From contig JAYPWI010000013.1 of assembly GCA_038135065.1 (NCBI GenBank), positions 14,497-78,496 of the forward strand: DNA of 64,000 nucleotides. The letters run 5' to 3'. Both the position numbers and the translations under genes were made by a program. This document shows, one piece after another, positions 47,201-56,912 of the stretch (position 1 is its first letter; each line of letters starts with the position of its first letter). Source of the stretch: Acidimicrobiales bacterium. GTDB lineage: Bacteria; Actinomycetota; Acidimicrobiia; Acidimicrobiales; Poriferisodalaceae. The notes under the pieces were generated by a model. It was not told where the DNA came from. It saw only the letters and a list, made by a program, of their open reading frames with translations, and made no database searches.

Positions 47201-47814
47201 CCGACCACCTGGGTCAGCGCACAGCGGTTCGGCGAGGCCGGTGGCTCGACCTCCCCGTGGGGCTGTCCGTGGACCGGGTGCTGCCGGTACACATGACGAT
47301 CGACGAGATCGGTGTGGTCGTGGGACGGCCCGGCTCCGGTCGCTCCACCACCCTGGCCGTGCTGGGCCAGCAGGCACAGCGGGCCGGGGTGCGAGTCGGC
47401 TGGGTGGCTGGTGGGTCCGAGCGTCCTCCCATCGCCGTGGACGCACTGGTTCGGTTCCCCGGCGAGACACGGGCCAGTGCCGAGTGGCTGCAGGATGCGG
47501 AGATGTGGCTGGTCGACGAAGCTGACGAACTCGACGAACGCGACGGAGCGGCCCTTGTGGCATGGGCCCGGCAGGGGTCGTCTCGCTGGGTTGTCGTCGG
47601 CCTCCGGCCCGATGGGTTGCGTGATGGGCTGTCGTGGCGATCCGGCTGCCGAACAGCTGGTGCCACCCTCCTGTTGGCGCCGCGGGCCGCGGACGCAGAT
47701 CGGCTCGGACTCAAGGTGCCGCTGCGATCATCGGTCCACACGCAGGGTGAGGGGGTGCTCACCGAGGGTGACACGGCACAGCGGATTCGGGTCGCCCGAC
47801 TCTCTCCGTCATGA
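44242..47814 (+). CDS. eccC: FtsK/SpoIIIE-family type VII secretion ATPase (EccC/EssC-like), three P-loop domains
   Basis: Hydrophobic segments span LAAPLLGGAVMVVFIGSTALVFAGLGSLMSAA. Domain 1 has VAGTTGSGKSELL (Walker A), VVVIDEFAVL (Walker B) and VLATQRP. Domain 2 has a degenerate VVGGAGRSGF. Domain 3 has VVGRPGSGRSTTL and WLVDEADEL. The start is uncertain (ATG 44242, GTG 44218 or ATG 44191). Codons after 44191 (ATA, TTA) are atypical, so I prefer 44242. Confidence 0.88.
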   Translation: MVTWVGQQVTVRDLRTALDVDAPLVVEGVPRGEADALDEVLEHDGVLVGIAPPANGQALSPLGPVRRRAVRTVVSPSLELDTTAPSARPGSPPPVPWLSLAAPLLGGAVMVVFIGSTALVFAGLGSLMSAARWTEQYVAHRRAKRTHRAELASLADQLRTSLVAQRDRYRRTAWGQRRGLAVRRSWIDGSRPGLWSRHPSDAGALEVVLGIGAEHVRWSNRPLTDLGIDPDEDRWSRIDGVPRSVDLADGGLAVVGRRLEDRRAAIATVVLQLASQLGPADLEVGTVGSGHLSPMWMWWLPHRSRVEDWPRRATAMARIAVGDESDGWDDSPLVRWLERSETPLVVGVASPDRVPVGCRWVLDLDAGLGVGEVRDLSTSSVVILQRVQGCDPAEAADLAWRIGRRSDDQIEGQTGIPDTASLEELSGLGAPDGGTSGRSALWAPVGLGAGGPCWVDLVGHGPHVLVAGTTGSGKSELLCGWLAGLGERYDPAGLRLVLFDFKGGGGLDAVARLPQCCSLVTDLESGLAWRALRSLSAELRRREEVVRTAGVTDIADAPLDVDIDRLVVVIDEFAVLVDEVPAALPLLVDVAQRGRSLGVHLVLATQRPAGVVDPRIRANTNLRICLRVQNDRDAEDVVGVSEPARFPVELPGRALLVVGGGDGMVVQGAFGGGQPRPRLELRTPAGELRGMVPAAAGVHRTSMGTAVAAARTRWDRTRWGDTPWLAPLPARSPAEVPVGRGSSNGDRSPSARRIGIIDEPDLQRQRELWWDPTSEHLLVVGGAGRSGFLHAAVAAACSGIGPGALHCYVVAPNGDRLAALATYPHCGGVVDPADVDRCGRLFDLLDVPAEVPRVVVIGDAGWCLQRWGEARIGGLQERLEALVDSATTARVALGIADGRGLSPTVIAGSTVRVSLPPVAPERLGALWPAHLAPSSLGDLGLDLVSGQPVSLLADVDPADPGLQPWGIEPPELPSPPRIPEIPDPLTTDHLGQRTAVRRGRWLDLPVGLSVDRVLPVHMTIDEIGVVVGRPGSGRSTTLAVLGQQAQRAGVRVGWVAGGSERPPIAVDALVRFPGETRASAEWLQDAEMWLVDEADELDERDGAALVAWARQGSSRWVVVGLRPDGLRDGLSWRSGCRTAGATLLLAPRAADADRLGLKVPLRSSVHTQGEGVLTEGDTAQRIRVARLSPS

Positions 47815-47875
47815 CCTGGCCTCGAGGATTATTCTCACCGGCTGTCCGTAGGCGAGATGTTGGAGAGAACGAGCG

Positions 47876-48655
47876 ATGAGCGAACCGCTGCGCTACGGGA
47901 TGATCGTCCCGAGCTCGAATGTGACGATGGAGCGGGAGATACCCGTCATGCTGCGACGACGGGAGCAGACGTGCCCCGAGACGTTCTCGTTTCACTCGAG
48001 CCGGGTACGTATGACCAGCGTCACCCCTGAGCAGCTGGCCGCCATGAACGCGCAGGCCGCTCGGGCAGCCGGTGAGCTTGCCGACGCCGCTGTCGACATC
48101 GTCACCTACGCCTGTCTGGTTGCCGTCATGGCGGAGGGGAGAGGAGCCCATCGGGAGGCTGAGGCCTCAATCGCCGCACTCCTGGCCGATGAGGGTTGTT
48201 TCGCCCCCGTCGTGAGCAGCGCAGGGGCCCTCATCGACACCCTCGCGGTGATGCAGGCCAAGCGGATCGCCGTCATCGCCCCCTACGCACCAGCCCTCAC
48301 CGAGCGGGTCTGCGACTACATCAACTTCGAGGGTGTGGAGATCGCTGAGGTTCGCTCATTGTCGGTCACCGACAACACAGCGGTTGGTCGGCTTGATCCT
48401 GCCGACCTCGTCCCCATCGCCCTGGACATGCCGAGGGACATCGACGCATTGGTCCTCTCTGCGTGTGTGCAGATGCCGTCCCTCGATGCGGTCGAGGCGG
48501 CCGAGCGGGCCGTCGGGTTGCCCGTGATCTCGGCGGCCACTGCGACGGTGTTCCAGTCGATGATGCGACTCGGTCTTCCGACCCGAGTGCCTGGTGGCGG
48601 CCAGCTGTTGTCGGGCGCCTACGACGAGCAGGGTCGACTGGTGGGGGCAGCATGA
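47876..48655 (+). CDS. maiA: maleate cis-trans isomerase (Asp/Glu/hydantoin racemase superfamily)
   Basis: YGMIVPSSNVTMEREIP. The two catalytic-Cys contexts are VTYACLVAV and LSACVQMPS. It is 259 aa. Confidence 0.75.
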   Translation: MSEPLRYGMIVPSSNVTMEREIPVMLRRREQTCPETFSFHSSRVRMTSVTPEQLAAMNAQAARAAGELADAAVDIVTYACLVAVMAEGRGAHREAEASIAALLADEGCFAPVVSSAGALIDTLAVMQAKRIAVIAPYAPALTERVCDYINFEGVEIAEVRSLSVTDNTAVGRLDPADLVPIALDMPRDIDALVLSACVQMPSLDAVEAAERAVGLPVISAATATVFQSMMRLGLPTRVPGGGQLLSGAYDEQGRLVGAA

Positions 48656-49362
48656 GCGCATCTGTCATGCGGGAGGTCCACGTCAGCGACCCCCGAGCCG
48701 TCGAGCTCGTTGTCGACACCCTGGCCCACGATGTGGTGATGGTCCAGATGCCGACGGTGTTCGTCCTTCTTGCCCCGCCGACCACGGCGGGTGCCTCGTG
48801 GCTCGACCGGACCAAAACCCGGCAGCCCAACAAGAACTACGGGACGGCACTGGGATCGCTCGAGAGTTTCTACGCGATGGCCGTGCCCGGCAGCCTGCCA
48901 GCCGAACTCGATGGGCTCGCCGAACTCGAGGTCCTGACCGGTGCGTTCATCCGCATCAGCGTTGCCGACCACGGAACCAACACTCAGATGATCCGGGGCG
49001 GTACCCACCAGGGTCTGCTACTGGAAGGGGAGCACCGCGAACTGTTCAGGGGTGTTGAGGCAGGTCTGGCTGCAGTAGCCGAGCCATCGATGATCGGGGG
49101 TCACACGTTCACTGCTCCGCTGTGCACCAGTGCCAACGTCAGCGGCCACCCTGACGGCTCGATCGTTGCCTGGGATGCCGCGCATGCGTTCGGGGTTGAC
49201 CGCAAGGTGCCCCTGGTGGTCCGCGCCGATCCGGACCCCGACGCAGAGGGCTCCTATCCGATCTTCTGGCTCCAGCACGACAGGATCAGCGTGGAGCGTG
49301 AGGGGCCGGGTCTCGTCGAGATCCGATCGGTGCTTCCCGCCCGTCTCTTCGCCGCTGACTGA
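48652..49362 (+). CDS. divergent YrdC/Sua5 (TsaC-fold) domain protein
   Basis: From ATG 48652 (an ATGA overlap with the maiA stop): PTVFVLLAPP...RTKTRQPNKNYGT...LCTSANVSGHP follows the YrdC-fold pattern, but the canonical PT(D/E)TVYGL is replaced. Confidence 0.6.
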   Translation: MSASVMREVHVSDPRAVELVVDTLAHDVVMVQMPTVFVLLAPPTTAGASWLDRTKTRQPNKNYGTALGSLESFYAMAVPGSLPAELDGLAELEVLTGAFIRISVADHGTNTQMIRGGTHQGLLLEGEHRELFRGVEAGLAAVAEPSMIGGHTFTAPLCTSANVSGHPDGSIVAWDAAHAFGVDRKVPLVVRADPDPDAEGSYPIFWLQHDRISVEREGPGLVEIRSVLPARLFAAD

Positions 49363-49394
49363 GGGGGCGAAGAGACGCGTCGCGTCAGCTGGTT

Positions 49395-51128
<1,734 letters not shown>

Positions 51129-51159
51129 TCACTCTGATCAGTCGCTGCGGGGACCCCGG

Positions 51160-51203
51160 CCCAAAACCGAAAGAACCCCCCGGCCCGGAGGCGCAGGAGG
51201 TTC
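51160..51203 (-). terminator. attenuator terminator in the leuA leader
   Basis: On the minus strand: GAACCUCC-N15-GGGGGUUC (8 bp including one G.U), followed by UUUCGGUUUUGG. It lies 61 nt upstream of the leuA ATG and directly after the hairpin GGCGAGGGCC-N8-GGCCCUCGCC (51204-51231). Confidence 0.6.
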
Positions 51204-51230
51204 GGCGAGGGCCGGTATGTGGGCCCTCGC

Positions 51231-51278
51231 CTACACGAGAAGAAGGAGGTCGGCGAACAAAGTCACGTTGATCACCAT
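51231..51278 (-). CDS. leucine-rich leader peptide MVINVTLFADLLLLV (15 aa) of the leuA attenuator
   Basis: My reverse complement reads ATG GTG ATC AAC GTG ACT TTG TTC GCC GAC CTC CTT CTT CTC GTG TAG. That gives five Leu codons, four of them consecutive. The stop codon overlaps the 5' arm of the first leader hairpin. There is no obvious SD. Confidence 0.6.
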   Translation of the reverse strand: MVINVTLFADLLLLV

Positions 51279-51304
51279 AGCAGGTCGGCACCCCCGGCGG
51301 CCGC

Positions 51305-52339
51305 TCAAGGTTGCGTCTGCGGTGGTGCGTATCCGTGGGGATTGGCCGAACACCATCGCCACGCGTCGCGACACATATCGGCCAGGGTCCGGTCGGCCTG
51401 CCAGCCGAGTAGTTCCCTGGCCCGGGATGGGTCGGCCCGGCAGGAGGCGATGTCACCGGGGCGCCGAGGCTCGAGTCTGAGCGGGACAGGCCGGCCTGAG
51501 GCAGCACGAACTGCGCCGATGACGTCGAGCACCGAGTAGCCCGTGCCCGTGCCCAGGTTGATCGTCTCGTACGGCCCGACTGCCGGCAGCACGTCGAGGG
51601 CTGCTCGGTGGCCGGCGGCCAGATCCATGACGTGCAGATAATCACGGACCCCGGTGCCGTCGGGGGTATCCCAGTCGTCGCCCCACACGGTGATGGCCTG
51701 CCCCTTTCCCGACGCCACGTCGAGAACCCTGGGCATGAGGTTGTTGGCTCCCGCCCTGGGGTCCTCACCCAGCTGTCCTGAGGGATGTGCCCCTACTGGA
51801 TTGAAATATCGCAAGGCGATGATGCGCCAGCGGCCGTCGGCTGCGGCGAGGTCGGCCAGCATGCACTCGATGTGGGCCTTCGTGCGTCCGTAGGGGTTGG
51901 TGGGGGCGATCGGGTGGTCTTCGTCGATGGGGAGGCGGATTGGGTCCCCGTAGACGGTTGCCGAAGAACTGAAGACCAGATGGCGCACCCCGACCTGCTT
52001 CATTGCGGCGAGAAGGCTGAGGGTGCCGCCGATGTTCGTGGTGTAGTAGCGGAGCGGATCGGAAACCGACTCGCCCACCGCCTTGAGACCGGCGCAGTGG
52101 ACGACGGCCGCCGGACGGTGGTGATCGATCACGCTGGTCAGCGCCCGTCGATCTGTGACGTCGACCTGCTCGAACACCGGCCGCTGCCCCGTCACGGCAG
52201 CAATCCGGTCGACGACCACGGAGGAGCTGTTGGCCAGATTGTCGATCAGCACGACCCTTCGGCCATGTTCGATGAGGTCGACGGCGACATGGCTGCCGAT
52301 GAACCCCGTTCCCCCGGTGACGAGGACGGCGCCGGTCAC
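51305..52339 (-). CDS. galE: UDP-glucose 4-epimerase
   Basis: VLVTGGTGFIGSH...SSSATVYG...PYGRTKAHIE (YxxxK)...RYFNPVGAHPSG...DGTGVRDYLHVMDLA. The GTG start overlaps the ppk stop (GTGA at 52336-52339). Confidence 0.93.
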   Translation of the reverse strand: MTGAVLVTGGTGFIGSHVAVDLIEHGRRVVLIDNLANSSSVVVDRIAAVTGQRPVFEQVDVTDRRALTSVIDHHRPAAVVHCAGLKAVGESVSDPLRYYTTNIGGTLSLLAAMKQVGVRHLVFSSSATVYGDPIRLPIDEDHPIAPTNPYGRTKAHIECMLADLAAADGRWRIIALRYFNPVGAHPSGQLGEDPRAGANNLMPRVLDVASGKGQAITVWGDDWDTPDGTGVRDYLHVMDLAAGHRAALDVLPAVGPYETINLGTGTGYSVLDVIGAVRAASGRPVPLRLEPRRPGDIASCRADPSRARELLGWQADRTLADMCRDAWRWCSANPHGYAPPQTQP

Positions 52340-54357
52340 CGGCCCACCTCGTCAGCGTGATCGATCAGAATGCGGTGGATGCTCTCGCCAGGTTGATGGC
52401 TCCAAACTCCGGTGGAGTCGAGGGTCCAGCAGTCGATGTCAGGGTCGAGGTAGAGGTCGATGGTGTCCTCGATGCGGCGTACAAGAGCGGGGTGGTCCAC
52501 CGGGACCAGTGCTTCGACCCGCCCATCGAGGTTGCGGGGCATTACATCGGCTGATCCAACGAAGTGGGTGCGCCCTCGGGTCGCACTGCCGAAGCTGTAA
52601 AGGCGGCTGTGTTCGAGGAAGCGTCCGATGACGCTGCGGACGAAGATGTTGTCGCTCACGCCGGGCAGACCGGGTATCAAGCAGCAGATGCCGCGCACGA
52701 TCAGGTCGACCCGGCATCCCTGCTGACTTGCTGCATACAGGGCATCGATCACTTGGGAGTCGACGAGCGAGTTCATCTTCATGACCACGTGCCCGTCAGG
52801 GTGGGCGGCTTCGGACTCGACGAAGGAGAGCAGGGAAGCTCGGACCCCCTGGGGGGCCACCACCAGGCGCCGGTAGCGCCGCTGGTGACTGAAGCCCGTC
52901 AGGGCGTTGAAGAGCTCTGAGACGTCGGCGGCCACCTGCTCGTCGGCGGTGAACAATCCGATGTCCTCGTAGGTCCTTGCGGTGTCGGCGTTGTAATTGC
53001 CTGTCCCGATGTGGCTGTAGCGCCGGATCCGGTCGCCCTCTTGGCGGACCACCAAGATCGTCTTGCAGTGGGTCTTGAGGCCCACCAACCCGTAGGCGAC
53101 GTGAACGCCCGCCTCCTCGAGGATGCGCGCCCACTCGATGTTCGCCTCCTCGTCGAACCTGGCCGTGATCTCGACGACCACCACTACCTGCTTCCCGGCT
53201 TCAGCTGCCGTGATCAGCGAGCGGACGATCTTCGTGCGTTCCGAGGTGCGGTACATCGTCATCTTGATGGCCAGCACGTCGGGGTCCTGGGAGGCCTGGC
53301 GGATGAACTCGCCGACAGAGTCGTCGAATGAGTCGTAGGGGTGATGTACGAGGACATCAGCGTCACGAAGTGACCTGAAGATGTCGCCGGCCCGATTTCT
53401 GGACTCGAACGCCAGGGGCACCCGCGGATTGTGGAGGTCGAACTTGAGATCCGGTCGGTTGAGCGCGTAGATGTCTCGCAGGCCGGTGAGGTCGAGGGGC
53501 GCAGCGCTAGCGACCACGTCGTTGTCGTCGAGACCGAGCTCTCTAGTCAGCAGCTCCACCGCAGCGGGGGACAGGTCGTCTGCGATCTCCAGTCGAACAG
53601 GGGCGCCGAACCTACGCCGAGCAATTTCGTGAGAGACGTATTCGAGTAGGTCGTCGGATTCGTCGTCCCGCAGCTGGATGTCAGCGTTGCGGGTTACTCG
53701 GAAGGTGCTGTGACTCAGGACCTCGACGCCGGGGAAGAGCTGAGCGAGGTGATCGGCGATGACGGCGTCCAGAGCTACGAAGCGACGTCCGTCGGGCAGC
53801 ATCAGGAAGCGGGGGAGGATGGGGGGAACCTTGACCCGGGCGAAGGACTGGCTCCCCCTGTCGTTCCTGACGAAGACAGCCAGGTTCAGCGACAGGTCCG
53901 AGATGTAGGGGAACGGGTGCGACGGGTCGACGGCCAAGGGGGTGAGGACCGGAAATATCCGGTCGTTGAATTCGCCATCGAGCCAGACCCGTGCTTCCCG
54001 CTCGAGGTCGGCGGGCCTGACCAACTCGATACCGTGGGCGCTGAGCAGGGGCACAAGGTCGTTGTTGAACAGGTCAGAGACCACCGCAGCCTGTTCACGG
54101 CAGTGCTTCATGATGGCGAGAAGCTGCTCGGACGGGGTCAGACCGTCGGGCGACGGTTCGTTCACCCCGGCTTCGATCTGAGCTCGTAGCCCGGCGACCC
54201 GTACCTGGAAGAACTCGTCGAGATTCGAGCAATAGATCTCGAGGAACTTCACCCGTTCGAGCAAGGGGTGCTGCTCGTCACGGGCTTGCGCCAGGACGCG
54301 ACGATTGAACTCCAGCCACGAGAGTTCTCGGTTGATGTAGCGCTGTTGGTCGGTCAC
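52336..54357 (-). CDS. ppk: polyphosphate kinase 1
   Basis: 673 aa. RYINRELSWLEFNRRVLAQA...ERVKFLEIYCSNLDEFFQVRVAG...VGLKTHCKTILVVR...HIGTGNYN...GSADVMPRNL. Confidence 0.95.
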   Translation of the reverse strand: MTDQQRYINRELSWLEFNRRVLAQARDEQHPLLERVKFLEIYCSNLDEFFQVRVAGLRAQIEAGVNEPSPDGLTPSEQLLAIMKHCREQAAVVSDLFNNDLVPLLSAHGIELVRPADLEREARVWLDGEFNDRIFPVLTPLAVDPSHPFPYISDLSLNLAVFVRNDRGSQSFARVKVPPILPRFLMLPDGRRFVALDAVIADHLAQLFPGVEVLSHSTFRVTRNADIQLRDDESDDLLEYVSHEIARRRFGAPVRLEIADDLSPAAVELLTRELGLDDNDVVASAAPLDLTGLRDIYALNRPDLKFDLHNPRVPLAFESRNRAGDIFRSLRDADVLVHHPYDSFDDSVGEFIRQASQDPDVLAIKMTMYRTSERTKIVRSLITAAEAGKQVVVVVEITARFDEEANIEWARILEEAGVHVAYGLVGLKTHCKTILVVRQEGDRIRRYSHIGTGNYNADTARTYEDIGLFTADEQVAADVSELFNALTGFSHQRRYRRLVVAPQGVRASLLSFVESEAAHPDGHVVMKMNSLVDSQVIDALYAASQQGCRVDLIVRGICCLIPGLPGVSDNIFVRSVIGRFLEHSRLYSFGSATRGRTHFVGSADVMPRNLDGRVEALVPVDHPALVRRIEDTIDLYLDPDIDCWTLDSTGVWSHQPGESIHRILIDHADEVGR

Positions 54358-54458
54358 GTCGGGAGGGTGGAGCGCGTCGCGGTCGGTGTGACGACACTAC
54401 CCATCAGGTGGTGTCGACCTCCCGGCGGGCGGGATGAGGGTCTACGGCAGGTGGGCCG

Positions 54459-55394
54459 TCAGGCTGCTCGACGCTCAGTCGTCTGCAGCCGACCCAGGCC
54501 GCCCTCCCGGAGCCCGACGGTGCTCACGGTGGCGTGCTCGGCGCCCAGGTGGCGTAGTACCTGCCGGAGGATGGTGGCGGCCAGCGGCAGGGTGTCCGCC
54601 CGATGTGGTTTTACGCCCGGTAGTGCGAGGCGTCCGCTGCGGGGGAGGTCGGAGGTCCGGCCGATGAGGTGCCCGAGGTCGGCGCAGTCGATGACCAAGC
54701 CTCGCTCGCTGTCCGGTACTGCGGCCCGCCGGGCGGTGTGGATGATGCGGGCGATCGACCGGGCAGCTCCGCCCACCACGATGACGGGCAGCTGATCCAG
54801 GGTGTCGGGATGGATCGGCAGGTCGCCCAACTGCTCGGTGATGAAGTGCTCGAGGCGGATGCGGCCAGCCGTGGGGAGGAGCTCGCCGGACAGCACGCGG
54901 GGGGCCAGCAGGTGCACGCCCATGCGGTACGAGGCAGTGACGTCGGGTCGCAGTTGGCCTGGTCGACCGGCTGCGAGGCCCAGGCTGCCTCCCCCGAGGT
55001 CGATCATGACGAATCCCTGCGGCGACAGTCCGTCGAGGAACACCGCCTCGTAGGCGAGGGTCACCTCTTCCTCGGGGGTGAGGATGCGGACCCCACCACC
55101 GATGGCGTCCCCGATCCGCTCTGCTGCGGCTTCGCCGTTGGAGGCCAAGCGAAAGGCCTCGGTCGCGACAACTGCGATCTGGTCACAGCCGAGGTCCACG
55201 GCACAGTGATGGAGTTCCCGGGCGATCCGCGCTGCGGTGAGAATGTCGTCGCCGGTCAGTGACCCATGGGCGCTGACCGAACGGGCCAGACCGAGATAGT
55301 GGCTCCGGGTTTCGATCGGCCCTGCTGCATCGGCCACGACGAGGCGAAAGCTGTTGCTTCCCAACTCGATCAGGCCCCGGCGCATGTGTGCCAA
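54459..55394 (-). CDS. ppx: Ppx/GppA-family phosphatase (exopolyphosphatase)
   Basis: GLIELGSNSFRLVV...MIDLGGGSLGL (ASKHA-fold phosphate motifs). It is 311 aa and lies upstream of ppk on the same strand. Confidence 0.85.
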   Translation of the reverse strand: MAHMRRGLIELGSNSFRLVVADAAGPIETRSHYLGLARSVSAHGSLTGDDILTAARIARELHHCAVDLGCDQIAVVATEAFRLASNGEAAAERIGDAIGGGVRILTPEEEVTLAYEAVFLDGLSPQGFVMIDLGGGSLGLAAGRPGQLRPDVTASYRMGVHLLAPRVLSGELLPTAGRIRLEHFITEQLGDLPIHPDTLDQLPVIVVGGAARSIARIIHTARRAAVPDSERGLVIDCADLGHLIGRTSDLPRSGRLALPGVKPHRADTLPLAATILRQVLRHLGAEHATVSTVGLREGGLGRLQTTERRAA

Positions 55395-55442
55395 GAGTAC
55401 GAAAGGGCACGCCGTTGGCGGTGGATGGGCGGCGTTGCCCGG

Positions 55443-56912
55443 CTACCCCATATCCAAGCGGTACTCGGGTGTCACCTCGACGGTTCGCCCGACATGTTCC
55501 TCGGTCACCATGGCGGCCATGAGGGCAGGGTCGGTGCTGTTGGCCCACTGTCGTCCGTTGGGGGTGCGAACCGCGGCGAGGGCCACCTCGGCCCCGTCCC
55601 GTCCGTGCATGACGGTGTACCCCTCGATGGTGCCCGGCCCGACATAGGTGTCGTCGAGGGCCACCGTGGGATGGGTATCGATCTCGGCCTGGCAGTCGGC
55701 GTGGCGGAACCCCTCGGTCGGTGGTTCGGTCGAGTAGATGCCGAACGCGTGCTTGGTGAGGTAGCCGCCATTCGCGCTGCACAATCCCACCGTGCCGGGC
55801 TCGTCACGCAGCAGTCCGGCCATGGTGGCGATGGAGTGGGTGACGTAGTTGTTGAGCGGGCCACCGGCGAAGGTCAGTCCGCCGGTCACGGTGAGCTGAC
55901 GGTCCAGCCCCAGTCCGAGCTCGGTTGCCGAGATCTGGACTGCCGAAGGGAAGCAACTGTAGAGGTCGACGTGGTCGAACGAGTCCGGCCCCACGCCGGC
56001 TAGCTCCATGACCTTCGCTCCGGCCACCCGGATGGCCGGCGAGGAATGGAGGTTCTCCCGATGGGACACGGCCATGGTGTCGTGGCCGTCGGTACCGGCG
56101 TGGGGGAACAGCCAGCGGTCCCTGGGCACCCCGGCTGCCTCTGCTGCTTCGACCGAGCACAGGATCAGTCCGGCCCCCAGGTCGAGGTCCCAGTTGGAGT
56201 TCATGGCTCGGGTGTAGGGAAAGCCGACCATGCGGTTGCCGTTGTCGGGCGACGCAATCTCCTCCGCCGTCATCGGGGTGCGCAGCCAGCCGTAGGGGTT
56301 GGCCACCGCCACCTCGTTGAAGGTGGCCCACAGGCGGGCCACCCGCTGACGGTGCTCCTCGATCGACTCGCCCCGCTGGGCCCGGAAGGCCGATTCGAAG
56401 GTCGGGTAGAAGTTGATCGGTGCCTCGAAGCCCCGCTGAAGTTCGACCTTGAGCGACATGGACAGGTCGGGTCCGAGTTCTTCTGGGCTGCCGGATTCCT
56501 GGTCCGTGTAGGGGATTCGGTCACCGGAGCGGCGGGCTCGCCGCCGACTCCAGATGCCTTCGGCCCCAACGATGGCCACCACGTCGGCCTGGCCGGCCAT
56601 GATGCGCAGACACGCCTTGTTGACCAGCGACTGTGGGGTGTTGCCCCCGTCGGCCGAGAGCCCGGTGCGGCTGTCATTGCCGAACTCGTCGCGCAGCAGC
56701 GCCCCAGGGTCGGGGTACGGCCACGCGCCCTTGACGGCCCAGGTGTCGGTGATCCGGTCGAGCAGGCCTGGAGCCCCGGCGTCGGCGGCTGCAGCGACGA
56801 GGGACTCGCGCATCATGGCGACCGGTTCGAGGGCGTCGGAAGGGTTGTCGGGTCGTTGGATGAACTGGCCTGCGCCTACGAGCAGAGGGGTGCGCGGGTC
56901 GAGGCCGGTCAT
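55443..56912 (-). CDS. thiolase-like (SCP-x / lipid-transfer-type) protein with a C-terminal OB-fold-like extension
   Basis: VDLYSCFPSAVQ...GGLTFAGGPLNNY...SANGGYLTKH is the thiolase C-terminal-domain pattern. The last ~90 aa (GTIEGYTVMHGRDG...) look DUF35/OB-like. Confidence 0.7.
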   Translation of the reverse strand: MTGLDPRTPLLVGAGQFIQRPDNPSDALEPVAMMRESLVAAAADAGAPGLLDRITDTWAVKGAWPYPDPGALLRDEFGNDSRTGLSADGGNTPQSLVNKACLRIMAGQADVVAIVGAEGIWSRRRARRSGDRIPYTDQESGSPEELGPDLSMSLKVELQRGFEAPINFYPTFESAFRAQRGESIEEHRQRVARLWATFNEVAVANPYGWLRTPMTAEEIASPDNGNRMVGFPYTRAMNSNWDLDLGAGLILCSVEAAEAAGVPRDRWLFPHAGTDGHDTMAVSHRENLHSSPAIRVAGAKVMELAGVGPDSFDHVDLYSCFPSAVQISATELGLGLDRQLTVTGGLTFAGGPLNNYVTHSIATMAGLLRDEPGTVGLCSANGGYLTKHAFGIYSTEPPTEGFRHADCQAEIDTHPTVALDDTYVGPGTIEGYTVMHGRDGAEVALAAVRTPNGRQWANSTDPALMAAMVTEEHVGRTVEVTPEYRLDMG

